Notes: generated by a model from the sequence alone, not told the origin. A stretch of DNA of 59,473 nt from Candidatus Woesearchaeota archaeon (GCA_014874255.1 JACWAN010000086.1:1-59473); one strand, 5' to 3'; numbered from the stretch's first letter, positions 10,668 to 20,344 are shown. Program-made: numbers and translations.

Positions 10668-10735
10668 GCAAGCGAGTAAAGGACTAAACGCGAGTAAAGG
10701 ACCAGAGTAAAGGACTAAGGAAGAAGTGACGATCA

Positions 10736-11500
10736 ATGAAGACCTCGTTCACCAGCTACAAGCCGGAGACCATGGCGCGCGCCGCCTTTCCGGACGCGCC
10801 GATCAGCTTCAAGACCTCGATCGAGGTGGCGAAGCGGATCCGCGGCATGATGACGGACAAGGCCGAGCGGTACCTCGAGGCGGTCGTCGCCAAGAAGGAG
10901 GCGGTGCCGTTCACCCGGTTCACGAACGCCGTCGGCCACCGCAAGGGCGCGATGGCCGCGGGCCGATACCCGGTCAAGGCTGCGTCCGTCTTCCTCAAGC
11001 TCATCAGGCTCGGCGTCGCGAACGCCGAGAACAAGGGGCTCGGCACCCCGCTCAGGATCGTCCACATTTCCGCGCAGCAGGCGAGCCAGCCGATGCATGC
11101 CGGCCGGCGGCGCGGCATCGCGATGAAGCGGACCGGCCTCGACCTCGTCCTTGCGGAGACGGAGGGCTCGAAGCGCCAGCCGCGCAAGGCGAAGAAGGAG
11201 AAGGCCGTGACGACCGGGGCCGCCTCACCCGCCGAGCCGAAGAAGGGCGCCTCGACGAATGCCGAGACGGAGCCCGAGAAGAGGAGGGAATCCGAGACGG
11301 AGGACGCCGAGACGGAGGATGTGAAGGCCGAGACCAGACCGGAGCAGAAGGCCGAGCCGAAGAAGGCCGCACCGGTCCAGTCCAGGCCGGTCCCGAAGAA
11401 GACGGCGAAGCCCAAGGCCGAGAAGGCCGAGAGCGATATCCACAAGGAACCGAAGAGCAAGGAAGCGAAGAAGGCTCACGATCACGAGGATGTGAACTAG
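10736..11500 (+). CDS. rpl22: 50S ribosomal protein uL22 with ~100-aa K/E/A/P-rich tail
   Basis: uL22 core (ISFKTSIEVAKRIRGM..AVPFTRF..GHRKG) followed by a low-complexity charged extension. Confidence 0.9.
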   Translation: MKTSFTSYKPETMARAAFPDAPISFKTSIEVAKRIRGMMTDKAERYLEAVVAKKEAVPFTRFTNAVGHRKGAMAAGRYPVKAASVFLKLIRLGVANAENKGLGTPLRIVHISAQQASQPMHAGRRRGIAMKRTGLDLVLAETEGSKRQPRKAKKEKAVTTGAASPAEPKKGASTNAETEPEKRRESETEDAETEDVKAETRPEQKAEPKKAAPVQSRPVPKKTAKPKAEKAESDIHKEPKSKEAKKAHDHEDVN

Positions 11501-11501
11501 G

Positions 11502-12467
11502 ATGGCGATCGAGCGGAAATTCGTGGCGCAGAACCTGAAGGAATTCAGGATCAAGCAGTTCGTCGGCGAGCAGCTCAGCAGGGTCGGGCTCTCCGACATC
11601 AAGCTCCAGCGCACGCCGCTCGGCGACAAGATCCTCATCAAGGCGTCCCGTCCGGGACTGGTCGTCGGCCGCGCCGGCAGCAACATCCAGAAGCTCACGG
11701 AAGCGCTCAAGGAGGAGTTCAAGCTCGAGAATCCCCAGATCGAGATCGAGGAGGTCGCGAACCTGGGCCTGGACGCGAACATCATCGCGGAGATGATCGT
11801 CAACAGCATGGAGCGGTTCGGCAGCGCCCGGTTCAAGGGCGTCGGCCACCGCGCGATGGACGACGTCATGAACGCCGGCGCGCTCGGCGTCGAGATCCTC
11901 ATCAGCGGCAAGATCCCCAGCCAGCGCGCGAAGACGTGGCGCTTCTACAAGGGCTACCTGAAGAAGTGCGGCGACGTCGCGATCACCGGCGTCGACATCG
12001 CGTACAAGACCGCGATCCTCAAGTCGGGCGCGGTCGGCGTCAAGGTGAGCATCATGCCGCCGACGACGAAGCTGCCCGACCAGATTATCATCGCCTCCGA
12101 GCCGGAGGAGAAGGTCGACGAGGTCACCATGCACGCCGAGGCGAAGGAGCTCGAGGCCGCGGTCGCCGCCGTCGAGGCGAAGGCCGAGGCCGAGGACGCG
12201 AAGCCGAAGAAGCGGCCGGCCAAGGCGAAGATGGAAGGCGATGACGTCAAGGCCGGCGCGGAGAAGCCGAAGAAGGCCAAGAAGGCGGCGAAGAAGGACG
12301 ATCCCAAGGACGTCAAGGACGTTCCCAAGAACGTTCCTGAGGATGCCGCCGGGACGGAGACCGCGGACGCGGCCGAGACCCCTGGGGCCGTCGCGGACGA
12401 CGAGCCGACAGAGGCCGACGGCACGGACCAGCGTGAAGAGACTGGCGCGAAGAGACGCAAGGACTGA
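11502..12467 (+). CDS. rps3: 30S ribosomal protein uS3 with ~100-aa A/K/E-rich tail
   Basis: KH domain GDKILIKASRPGLVVGRAGSNIQKL. 321 aa. Confidence 0.92.
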   Translation: MAIERKFVAQNLKEFRIKQFVGEQLSRVGLSDIKLQRTPLGDKILIKASRPGLVVGRAGSNIQKLTEALKEEFKLENPQIEIEEVANLGLDANIIAEMIVNSMERFGSARFKGVGHRAMDDVMNAGALGVEILISGKIPSQRAKTWRFYKGYLKKCGDVAITGVDIAYKTAILKSGAVGVKVSIMPPTTKLPDQIIIASEPEEKVDEVTMHAEAKELEAAVAAVEAKAEAEDAKPKKRPAKAKMEGDDVKAGAEKPKKAKKAAKKDDPKDVKDVPKNVPEDAAGTETADAAETPGAVADDEPTEADGTDQREETGAKRRKD

Positions 12468-12472
12468 TACTC

Positions 12473-12676
12473 ATGAACAAGGCTTTCGGAGAGCTGAAGA
12501 AGAGGGGCGCGGCCGACCTCCAGAAGGAGATGGCCGCCGCGCAGCTCGAGCTCGTCAAGCAGAGCGCCCAGCTCGCCATGGGCGGCGCGGCCAAGGAGGC
12601 CGGCAAGATCAAGAACCTCAAGAAGAGGGTCGCGCGCATCAGCACCCTCCTCACCGAGAAGGGACGCGAACAGTAG
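12473..12676 (+). CDS. rpl29: 50S ribosomal protein uL29
   Basis: 67 aa, helical, with LQKEMAAAQLELVKQ. The position after rps3 is conserved. Confidence 0.85.
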   Translation: MNKAFGELKKRGAADLQKEMAAAQLELVKQSAQLAMGGAAKEAGKIKNLKKRVARISTLLTEKGREQ

Positions 12677-12757
12677 ATGCGGCAGATAGTGTGGATGCGA
12701 TAGACAGAGAACAGGAAAGAGAAGGAAAAAAGGAGAACCAAGGAGGATTACGCCGAG

Positions 12758-13096
12758 ATGAGCACGATATGCACGACCTGCGGGCTGCCCGAGGACCTCT
12801 GCGTCTGCGACCAGATCGCGCGCGAGAGCCAACGGATAACGGTCAGCGTCGAACGCAAGAAATTCGGGAAGGCATACACGGTCATCAGCGGCATCAACGA
12901 GCACGAAGTCGACATCAAGGACCTGGCGAAGAAGCTGAAGAACAAACTGGCCTGCGGCGGCACCGGCAAGGACGGCGTCATCGCGCTCCAGGGCGTCCAC
13001 CTCCGCAACGTCAAGGAGGAGCTGGTCGCGCTCGGCTTCAGCCCGGACACGATCGACGTCAAGCCCGACAACGGCCCCAGGGGATTCAGGAGATAA
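12758..13096 (+). CDS. translation initiation factor aSUI1 (eIF1 family)
   Basis: N-terminal CxxC..CxC followed by the SUI1 fold, KLKNKLACGGTGKDGVIALQG. Confidence 0.85.
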   Translation: MSTICTTCGLPEDLCVCDQIARESQRITVSVERKKFGKAYTVISGINEHEVDIKDLAKKLKNKLACGGTGKDGVIALQGVHLRNVKEELVALGFSPDTIDVKPDNGPRGFRR

Positions 13097-13103
13097 GGAG
13101 TGG

Positions 13104-13496
13104 ATGATCATGGCTGAGAAGGTCGAGAGAACGGAGAAGGCCGGGAAGAAGGCCGCGGCGCAGGAGGTGAAGGCCGTCACGGCGGGCGCGCCCCTCACCA
13201 CGCACGGCCGCACCTTCATCGGCACCGTCGTCAGCGACCGGATGGCGCGCACCGTCACCGTCGCCTGGGAGCGGAGGCACTACGTGCCGAAGTACCAGCG
13301 GTACGAGCGCCGCTACTCCAAGATCAAGGCGCACAACCCGGACGAGATCGACGCCAAGGTCGGCGACAAGGTCACCGTCATGGAGACCCGGCCGATCAGC
13401 AAGACCAAGCACTTCATCGTCATCAGGAAGCACGAGCCGCAGAACGGCGGCAAAGACGCGGCGAAGGCCGAGACGGCCGCCGAGAAGCAGGAATGA
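13104..13496 (+). CDS. rps17: 30S ribosomal protein uS17
   Basis: GTVVSDRMARTVTV..YERRYSKIKAHNP..GDKVTVMETRPISKTKHF. Confidence 0.9.
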   Translation: MIMAEKVERTEKAGKKAAAQEVKAVTAGAPLTTHGRTFIGTVVSDRMARTVTVAWERRHYVPKYQRYERRYSKIKAHNPDEIDAKVGDKVTVMETRPISKTKHFIVIRKHEPQNGGKDAAKAETAAEKQE

Positions 13497-13540
13497 GCCC
13501 GCAGCAAGACTGACAGACCGACCGGAACGAGTGGACGAAC

Positions 13541-13942
13541 ATGAAAGCGATCAAGGCGAACATGACGAGGGGCATCCCCGTGGGCGCGTACGTCACGACG
13601 TGCGACAACTCGGGCGCGAAGCTCCTCAAGGTCTTCACCGTCGTCGGGCTCAAGACCCGCAAGGGCCGCATGCCGGAAGCCGGCATCGGCGACCTTGTCA
13701 TGGCGAGCGTCAAGAAAGGCCGGCCGGACATGCGGAAGCAGGTCGTCTTCGCCATCATCGTGCGGCAGCGCCGGTCGTACCGGCGGCCGGACGGCACCCA
13801 CGTCAAGTTCGAGGACAATGCGGCCGTCGTGCTCAAGGACGACAAGGGCAACCCGAAGGGCACGATCTTCAAAGGGCCGCTCGCCAAGGAGGCCTGCGCC
13901 CGGTGGCCCGCGGTCGCCAAGGTCGCCAGCATCATACTGTAA
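13541..13942 (+). CDS. rpl14: 50S ribosomal protein uL14
   Basis: CDNSGAKLLKVFTV..GDLVMASVKKG..KFEDNAAV. Confidence 0.93.
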   Translation: MKAIKANMTRGIPVGAYVTTCDNSGAKLLKVFTVVGLKTRKGRMPEAGIGDLVMASVKKGRPDMRKQVVFAIIVRQRRSYRRPDGTHVKFEDNAAVVLKDDKGNPKGTIFKGPLAKEACARWPAVAKVASIIL

Positions 13943-14002
13943 GATACTGTAGAGCAGATCACTGTAGAGCCAATGGATACATGCCGTTCAAAGGTGTCAT
14001 GA

Positions 14003-14464
14003 ATGAGACAAGCGCACTCGACCAAGTGGAAAGCGAGCACCCAGCCGCGGAAGCAGCGCAAGTACGTCCATAACGCGCCGCTCCACCTCAAGGGCGTCCA
14101 GCTCCACATCCACCTCTCCAAGGAGCTGCGGCAGAAGTACGGCGTCCGCGCGCTCCGCGTCCGCGCCGGCGACACCGTCAAGGTGCTCCGCGGCACGCAC
14201 AAGGGCAAGGAGGGCAAGGTGGAGACCGTCGACGTCAAGAACGCGCGCATCCACGTCGCGAAGATTGAGACGCAGAAGCTCCAGGGCGGCAGCGCCAAGT
14301 ACCCGCTCCGGCCGAGCAACTGCCTCCTCACGGCCCTCGCGACGGACCGGCGCCGGCTGAAGCACACGCCTGCGCAGGCGGCGGCGAAGCCGGCGCAGAA
14401 GCCCGCTCCGAGGGCGTCCGTGGCCGGGCAGAAGCCGGCGGCCGCCGCGCCGAAGAAGGAATAG
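14003..14464 (+). CDS. rpl24: 50S ribosomal protein uL24
   Basis: KOW motif VRAGDTVKVLRGTHKGKEGKV. A/K/P-rich C-terminal tail. Confidence 0.9.
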   Translation: MRQAHSTKWKASTQPRKQRKYVHNAPLHLKGVQLHIHLSKELRQKYGVRALRVRAGDTVKVLRGTHKGKEGKVETVDVKNARIHVAKIETQKLQGGSAKYPLRPSNCLLTALATDRRRLKHTPAQAAAKPAQKPAPRASVAGQKPAAAAPKKE

Positions 14465-14489
14465 ACACGATCACGAAAGGCGAATCCAC

Positions 14490-15182
14490 ATGGTAAAGAA
14501 CCACCTGAAACGCATCACCGCGCCCAAGACCTGGCCGATCCCGAAGCGGGAGACGGTCTTCATCGTCAGGCCGCAGACCGGCGCGCACAGCATGGCGACC
14601 GGCATGCCGATCTCCATCCTCCTCAAGGACGTCCTCGGCCTCGCGCGGATCACGCGCGGCGTCCGCTTCCTGCTCAACACACAAGAAGTGCTGGTCAACG
14701 GCAAGCGCGTCAAGCGGCCGGAGACGATGATCGGCCTCATGGACGTCGTCGCGTTCCCCGCGCTCAAGGCGAGCTACCGCATCCTCATCGACAAGCGGAA
14801 CACGCTGCACGCGGTGCCAATCGCGGGCGAGGAGGCGACGCTCGTCCCTCTCAAGGTCGTGACGAAGACCCTGCTGCCCGGCGGCAGGCTCCAGCTCGGG
14901 CTGCACAACGGCTGGACCATCATCGTGCCCAAGGGTGCGGAGAAGGTCGGCTCCACCGTCCTCGCGACGTTCGACAAGAAGGTCAAGCACCATTACCCGC
15001 TCGCGGAGGGCGCGTTCGTCCTCGTCACCGGCGGCAGGCACGTCGGCACGACCGGCACGCTCGCCGCGCTCACGGACGCCAAGGCCGCGGTCAAGGCGGC
15101 CGAGGGCGAGATTGAGACCATCACGAAGCACCTCTTCGTGCTCGGCGCCCAGAAACCGGCCATCAAGCTTGCGAGAGAGTGA
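14490..15182 (+). CDS. rps4e: 30S ribosomal protein eS4
   Basis: MVKNHLKRITAPKTWPIPKRE..RPQTGAHS. Confidence 0.9.
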   Translation: MVKNHLKRITAPKTWPIPKRETVFIVRPQTGAHSMATGMPISILLKDVLGLARITRGVRFLLNTQEVLVNGKRVKRPETMIGLMDVVAFPALKASYRILIDKRNTLHAVPIAGEEATLVPLKVVTKTLLPGGRLQLGLHNGWTIIVPKGAEKVGSTVLATFDKKVKHHYPLAEGAFVLVTGGRHVGTTGTLAALTDAKAAVKAAEGEIETITKHLFVLGAQKPAIKLARE

Positions 15183-15183
15183 G

Positions 15184-15720
15184 ATGGCGACACAGAAGCT
15201 GATACTCATGAATCCCATGCGTCAGATCCGGATCGAGAAGCTCACCCTGAATATCGGGGCGGGCAAGGACCAGGCGATCCTCGCCAAGGGCGAGAAGCTC
15301 ATCGAGCAGCTCGCGGGCATCAGGCCGGTCAAGACGAAGACGCAGAAGAGGATCCCTGCATGGGGCCTCAGGCCGGGGCTGCCCATCGGGCTGAAGCTCA
15401 CGATCAGGGGCGAGGCGGCCGAGAAGCTCATCCCGCGCCTGCTCGCCGCGAAGTCCAACAAGCTCAAGCCGAGCAACCTCGACGAAGCCGGCAATGTCAG
15501 CTTCGGCATCCCCGAGTACATCGACATCGAGGGCGCGAAGTACGACCCCGAGATCGGGATCATCGGCCTCCAGGCCTGCATCACGCTCGAGCGGCCGGGC
15601 TACCGGACCAAGCGCAGGCGCGTCCGGCCGGCGAAGCCGGGCCAGCAGCACGTCATCGCCCCGGAAGAGGCGATCGCCTTCATGGGTGAGCGCTTCAAGA
15701 CGCGGTTCGAGGAGGAGTAA
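15184..15720 (+). CDS. rpl5: 50S ribosomal protein uL5
   Basis: ATG 15184 lies inside ORF 14935..15720. Signature MRQIRIEKLTLNIGAG..FGIPEYIDI. Confidence 0.9.
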   Translation: MATQKLILMNPMRQIRIEKLTLNIGAGKDQAILAKGEKLIEQLAGIRPVKTKTQKRIPAWGLRPGLPIGLKLTIRGEAAEKLIPRLLAAKSNKLKPSNLDEAGNVSFGIPEYIDIEGAKYDPEIGIIGLQACITLERPGYRTKRRRVRPAKPGQQHVIAPEEAIAFMGERFKTRFEEE

Positions 15721-15722
15721 GG

Positions 15723-15953
15723 ATGACCACCACCAATCACACCAAGGTCCTCAAGCAGATCGGGAAGAAGCCCGGCAAGTACGCGAAGTACCTCAAGAAC
15801 AACCTGCCGAAGGAGCGCGCGTACGGCGCCGCCACGAAGAAGTGCCAGCACTGCGGCAATCCGCACGCCCACGTGGGCAAGTACGGCATCAACCTGTGCC
15901 GCAAGTGCTTCCGCGACTACGCGCTCGAGCTCGGCTTCAAGCAGTACAGCTGA
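15723..15953 (+). CDS. rps14: 30S ribosomal protein uS14 (zinc type)
   Basis: CQHCGN..LCRKCFRDYA zinc ribbon. The position between rpl5 and rps8 is conserved. Confidence 0.88.
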   Translation: MTTTNHTKVLKQIGKKPGKYAKYLKNNLPKERAYGAATKKCQHCGNPHAHVGKYGINLCRKCFRDYALELGFKQYS

Positions 15954-15994
15954 AGGAACCCTGAAGGAACGCAAGACGAAAAGGAGAATGCATC

Positions 15995-16387
15995 ATGACG
16001 CTCAACGACCCACTCGCGAACGTGCTCAGCGCGATCCAGAACGCGGAGCGGCGCGGCAAGAAGGAGATCGTGACGAAGAACAGCTCCGTCCTGATCAGGA
16101 AGGTGCTCGACATCATGGCCGCGGCCGGCTACCTCGAGGGCTACGAGGTCGCGCAGGACGCGAAGGGCGACCTCCTCACCGTGAAGCTCAACGGCCGCAT
16201 CAACCAGGTGGGGGTCATCAAGCCGCGCTACCAGATTAAGAAGGCGGAGTTCGAGCGCTTCGAGAAGCGCTTCCTCCCGGCGCGCGGCTTCGGCATCATC
16301 ATCGTCAGCACCAGCAAGGGGCTGCTCACGCACGAGCAGGTGAAGGAACTCGCCCTCGGCGGCACCCTGATCAGCTACTGCTACTAG
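15995..16387 (+). CDS. rps8: 30S ribosomal protein uS8
   Basis: DPLANVLSAIQNAERRGKKE..IIIVSTSKGLLTHEQ. Confidence 0.92.
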   Translation: MTLNDPLANVLSAIQNAERRGKKEIVTKNSSVLIRKVLDIMAAAGYLEGYEVAQDAKGDLLTVKLNGRINQVGVIKPRYQIKKAEFERFEKRFLPARGFGIIIVSTSKGLLTHEQVKELALGGTLISYCY

Positions 16388-16423
16388 AAAACCAACCACC
16401 AACCACCAGAAGAGTTGACCATC

Positions 16424-16978
16424 ATGAGAATCGAGAAGCTCACGGAGACCATCATCCTCCCGTCCGGGGTCACGGCCAGCTACGATGCCGTGACGAAGCG
16501 GTTCGCGGTGACCGGTCCCAAGGGAGAGATCGCGAAGGCCTTCTTCGACCCGAAGATCGCGATCATCATCGCAGACGGCAAGATCACGTTCACGTCCAAG
16601 CAGGCGACCCTGCAGCAGAAGAAGCGGCTCTACACCTTCCGGGCGCACGCCAAGAACATGGTGAAGGGCGTCAGCGAAGGGTTCACGTACCGGCTCAAGG
16701 TGTGCAGCGGCCACTTCCCGATGAGCGTCGGCGTCAAGGGACGCACGTTCGAGATCAAGAACTTCATCGGCGAGAAGGTGCCCCGCACGCTCGCGCTCAA
16801 GGAGGGCGCGGACGTCAAGGTCGAGGGCGAGACCGTCACCGTCACCGGCGCGGACAAGGAGATCGTCGGCCAGGTCGCCGCGGACATCGAGCAGCTCAGC
16901 CGCCGGCCGGGCTTCGACACCCGCATCTTCCAGGACGGCATCTTCATCGTCGAGAAGGGCGACAAGAAGCTCGTCTGA
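16424..16978 (+). CDS. rpl6: 50S ribosomal protein uL6
   Basis: ATG 16424 (an upstream TTG at 16415 is possible). Two-domain uL6 pattern. Conserved position. Confidence 0.88.
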   Translation: MRIEKLTETIILPSGVTASYDAVTKRFAVTGPKGEIAKAFFDPKIAIIIADGKITFTSKQATLQQKKRLYTFRAHAKNMVKGVSEGFTYRLKVCSGHFPMSVGVKGRTFEIKNFIGEKVPRTLALKEGADVKVEGETVTVTGADKEIVGQVAADIEQLSRRPGFDTRIFQDGIFIVEKGDKKLV

Positions 16979-17027
16979 ACGCACAAGAAGGCAGACAAGA
17001 ACGCATAGCGATCAAGGATTGATACTC

Positions 17028-17642
17028 ATGGACAAGAAACAGGCCCTCGAGCACCGACGCGTCCGCAAGGCGAAGAAGCCCGTCTTCCACCGCCAGGACT
17101 CGCACAAGAAGGCGAAGCTCAGCCCCTCGTGGCGCAAGCCGCGCGGCTACCAGAGCAAGATGCGCCTCAACAAGCGCGGCTACAGCCGCACGATCTCCCA
17201 GGGCTACGGCAGCCCGACGGCGGTCGAAGGCCTCCACAAGAGCGGCCTCCTCCCCGTGCCGGTGAGCACGGCCGCGCAGCTCGACGCGCTCGACGCGAAG
17301 ACGCAGGGCGCCGTCCTCGCTGCCGGCCTCGGCGCGAAGCGGCGCGAGCAGCTCCTCGAGTACGCGGCGAAGAAGTCCGTCACGGTCCTCAACCTCGACA
17401 GCGCGGCGCTCGTCCGCATCAAGGAGCGGTTCGCCGCGCAGAAGAAGGCGCGCACGGAGAAGCGCACCTCGAAGGCGAAGAAGGCGGAGAAGAAGACCCT
17501 CGAGCAGAAGGCGAAGGCCGAGCAGGCCAAGACCGCGAAGGCGGCCGAGCCGACGGACGCGACCGCTCCCGAACCCTCCGAGGAGGAGAAGGAGAAGGCG
17601 TTCGAGGACGAGAAGCAGAAGGTCCTCACCAAGAAGATGTGA
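17028..17642 (+). CDS. rpl32e: 50S ribosomal protein eL32 with K/A/E-rich tail
   Basis: FHRQDSHKKAKLSPSWRKPRGYQSKMR. Confidence 0.88.
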   Translation: MDKKQALEHRRVRKAKKPVFHRQDSHKKAKLSPSWRKPRGYQSKMRLNKRGYSRTISQGYGSPTAVEGLHKSGLLPVPVSTAAQLDALDAKTQGAVLAAGLGAKRREQLLEYAAKKSVTVLNLDSAALVRIKERFAAQKKARTEKRTSKAKKAEKKTLEQKAKAEQAKTAKAAEPTDATAPEPSEEEKEKAFEDEKQKVLTKKM

Positions 17643-17678
17643 GCAGGTATCCGTATCAGAGAATATCCAGGTGTTCCC

Positions 17679-18293
17679 ATGAAGCTCGATGCACAACGAC
17701 GGGTGGCCGCCAGCCTGCTCGGCTGCGGGCCGCAGCGCGTCCGGTTCGACCCCGCGCGCCTCCACGACATCAAGGAGGCGATCACCAAGTCCGACATGCG
17801 CCTCCTGATCAGCGACGGCATCGTCACCGCGCATCCCGTCAAGGGCGTCAGCAGGGCGCGTGCCCGGAAGACGCGCGCGCAGAAGCGCAAGGGCCTCCAG
17901 CGCGGCGAAGGCAGCCGGAAAGGGACCGCGAACGCGGCGAACGACTCCAAGCGCGCCTGGATGACGAAGATCCGGGGGCAGCGCGCATTCCTCCTCGAGC
18001 TCAAGGAGAAGGGGCTCGTCAGCCTGAAGTCCTACCGCGAGCTCTACCTCAAGAGCAAGGGCGGCTTCTTCAGGAGCAAGCGCCACATCAAGCTCTTCAT
18101 CGACGACAGGCGTCTCTGGCAGGCGAAGGACGGCGCGAAGCGCGGCGACGCGGCGGCCGCCGACGCGACCAAGGCGGCGACCAAGGCGGCGAAGCCCGCC
18201 AAGGCCTCTGCGGCGAAGCAGTCCAAGGGGCCGAAGGAGTCCAAGACCGCCGCGAAGACGACGGCGGCGAAGCCGCACAGGAAGACCGAGTGA
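17679..18293 (+). CDS. rpl19e: 50S ribosomal protein eL19 with A/K-rich tail
   Basis: QRRVAASLLGCGPQRVRFDP..RARARKTRAQKRKG. Confidence 0.9.
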   Translation: MKLDAQRRVAASLLGCGPQRVRFDPARLHDIKEAITKSDMRLLISDGIVTAHPVKGVSRARARKTRAQKRKGLQRGEGSRKGTANAANDSKRAWMTKIRGQRAFLLELKEKGLVSLKSYRELYLKSKGGFFRSKRHIKLFIDDRRLWQAKDGAKRGDAAAADATKAATKAAKPAKASAAKQSKGPKESKTAAKTTAAKPHRKTE

Positions 18294-18330
18294 GCAAAAC
18301 GCGAGCAAAACAAGACAAGGTTGATGTTCC

Positions 18331-19032
18331 ATGACAGAAGCGAAACACGTGCTCCCGTTCCGGCGGAAGCGTGAAGGCAGGACGAACTACAAGAAGCGCC
18401 TCGCGCTCCTCAAGTCAGGCAGGCCCCGCCTCGTCGTGCGCAAGTCGAACAGGCACGTCGTCCTCCAGCTCGTTGCGTACGAGCCGGCCGGTGACAGGGT
18501 GCTCGCGACCGTCTCCTCGAAGCAGCTGCTCAAGCACGGCTGGACGCATAGCACCAAGTCGACGCCGGCAGCGTACCTGACCGGCTTCCTCCTCGCCAAG
18601 CGCGCGAAGGAGCTGGAAGTCACGGAGGCGATCGTCGACCTCGGGTTCCAGAAGCACCGCGCCGGCACCGCGATCTACGCGGCGGTGAAGGGCGCGATTG
18701 ACGCAGGCCTCTCCATCCCGGTCGGCGAGGAGATCTTCCCCGCCGGCGACCGGATCAACGGCGCGCACCTCACCAGCGCGAAGCCGGCGGACGTGGCGGC
18801 GCTCGCCGCGAAGCTCGGCGCGACGCTCCCGCCTCCGACTCCCGCTCCCAAGAAGGAGAAGCCGCAGAAGCAGGAGCCCGGCCAGAAGGGCGGTCCGGCC
18901 AGGAAGGCCGAGAAGCCGCAGTCCGCGCCGGCCAAGCCCGAGGGGAAGCAGTCCGCGGGGAAGGACGGCGAGAAGAAGGCCGGAAAAGGCGGCGAGAAGA
19001 AGGCCGGGAAGAAGGGAGATGATGCTCAATGA
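18331..19032 (+). CDS. rpl18: 50S ribosomal protein uL18 with P/K/G-rich tail
   Basis: FRRKREGRTNYKKRLALLKSGRPRLVVRKSNRH. Confidence 0.9.
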   Translation: MTEAKHVLPFRRKREGRTNYKKRLALLKSGRPRLVVRKSNRHVVLQLVAYEPAGDRVLATVSSKQLLKHGWTHSTKSTPAAYLTGFLLAKRAKELEVTEAIVDLGFQKHRAGTAIYAAVKGAIDAGLSIPVGEEIFPAGDRINGAHLTSAKPADVAALAAKLGATLPPPTPAPKKEKPQKQEPGQKGGPARKAEKPQSAPAKPEGKQSAGKDGEKKAGKGGEKKAGKKGDDAQ

Positions 19033-19892
19033 GGGAACGACCGAGACGAGAGGATGACGCGCCGAACCTCGACGCGTGGCAGCCGAAGACCGAGCTCGGC
19101 CGGATGGTGAAGAACAAGGAGATTGCCTCGATCGACGAGATTCTCGACGGCGGCCGCGCGATCCTCGAGCCTGAGATCGTCGACTCGCTCCTCGCGCTCG
19201 AGAACGACCTGCTCCTCATCGGCCAGGCGAAAGGCAAGTTCGGCGGCGGCCAGCGCCGCATCTTCCGCCAGACGCAGAAGAAGACGATGGAGGGGAACAA
19301 GCCCAAGTTCACCGCGATGGCGGTGGTGGGCGACCGGAACGGTCACGTCGGCATCGGCCTGGGCAGCGCGAAGGAGACGCTGCCCGCCCGCGAGAAGGCC
19401 GTCCGGAAGGCGAAGCTCAACCTCTTCCGCATCCGGCGGGGCACCGGTTCCTGGGAGGACGCCTCGAGCGAGCCGCACTCCATCCCGTTCGCGGTCGAGG
19501 GCAAGACGGGCAGCGTCATCGTCCGGCTGCTCCCTGCGCCGAAGGGCAAGGGCCTCGTCGTAGAGAAGCAGGCGGCCAAGGTCCTCGAGCTCGCAGGCAT
19601 CAGGAACGTCTGGTCCAAGACGTACGGCCAGACCAAGAACAAGATTAACTTCATCAAGGCGCTCGAGCAGGCGCTCCGGAAGCTCAGCACGACGAAGGTG
19701 CTGCCACAGCACATGGAGCGGCTCGCCATCCTCGACGGCGGCGCCCACCGCAGCGACGAGGAGATCGCCGCAGCCAAGGAGGCCGCGGCGGCCCGCGCCG
19801 AGCAGCAGCAGGGCCCGAAGAAGCGCGGACGCGGCGCCAAGCCGGGCGCGAAGGGCGGCCGCCGCCCCGTGACGCGGCAATCCAAGAGATGA
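19029..19892 (+). CDS. rps5: 30S ribosomal protein uS5
   Basis: GQRRIFRQTQKKT..VVGDRNGHVGIGLGSAKE. ATGA overlap with rpl18. Confidence 0.9.
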   Translation: MRERPRREDDAPNLDAWQPKTELGRMVKNKEIASIDEILDGGRAILEPEIVDSLLALENDLLLIGQAKGKFGGGQRRIFRQTQKKTMEGNKPKFTAMAVVGDRNGHVGIGLGSAKETLPAREKAVRKAKLNLFRIRRGTGSWEDASSEPHSIPFAVEGKTGSVIVRLLPAPKGKGLVVEKQAAKVLELAGIRNVWSKTYGQTKNKINFIKALEQALRKLSTTKVLPQHMERLAILDGGAHRSDEEIAAAKEAAAARAEQQQGPKKRGRGAKPGAKGGRRPVTRQSKR

Positions 19893-20344
19893 ACACCATG
19901 ACCGAACAGCAGACGACGGAGAAGGTCCCGAAGGCCGAGAAGCCGCAGCAGAAGCCCGCCAAGGCGGCCGGCGGCGGCCTGCTCGCGGCGCTCATGGTCC
20001 GCGGCGAGATCGGCATCAGGGCGGAGATCCTCCAGGCGCTCGGCTCGCTCCGGCTCCGGAACAAGCACGTCTGCGTCGTCCTCCCGGACACGCGGGAGAC
20101 GCGCGGCCAGCTCCGCAAGTGCAAGGACTACATCGCCTACGGCACGATTACCGCGGAGACGAAGCGGCTGCTCGACGAGAAGCGCGGCGTGAAGGACGCC
20201 TCCGGGAAGCTGAAGCCGTTCTACCGGCTCCACCCGCCCCGCGGCGGCTTCGAGCGCAAGGGCATCAAGAAGTCCTTCGCGGAAGGAGGGGCTCTGGGCG
20301 ACCGCGGCGCGAAGATGGACGCCCTCGTCCTCCGCATGCTCTGA
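19889..20344 (+). CDS. rpl30: 50S ribosomal protein uL30
   Basis: LGSLRLRNKHVCVVLPDT..YIAYGTI. K/A/P-rich N-terminal extension. Confidence 0.85.
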   Translation: MNTMTEQQTTEKVPKAEKPQQKPAKAAGGGLLAALMVRGEIGIRAEILQALGSLRLRNKHVCVVLPDTRETRGQLRKCKDYIAYGTITAETKRLLDEKRGVKDASGKLKPFYRLHPPRGGFERKGIKKSFAEGGALGDRGAKMDALVLRML

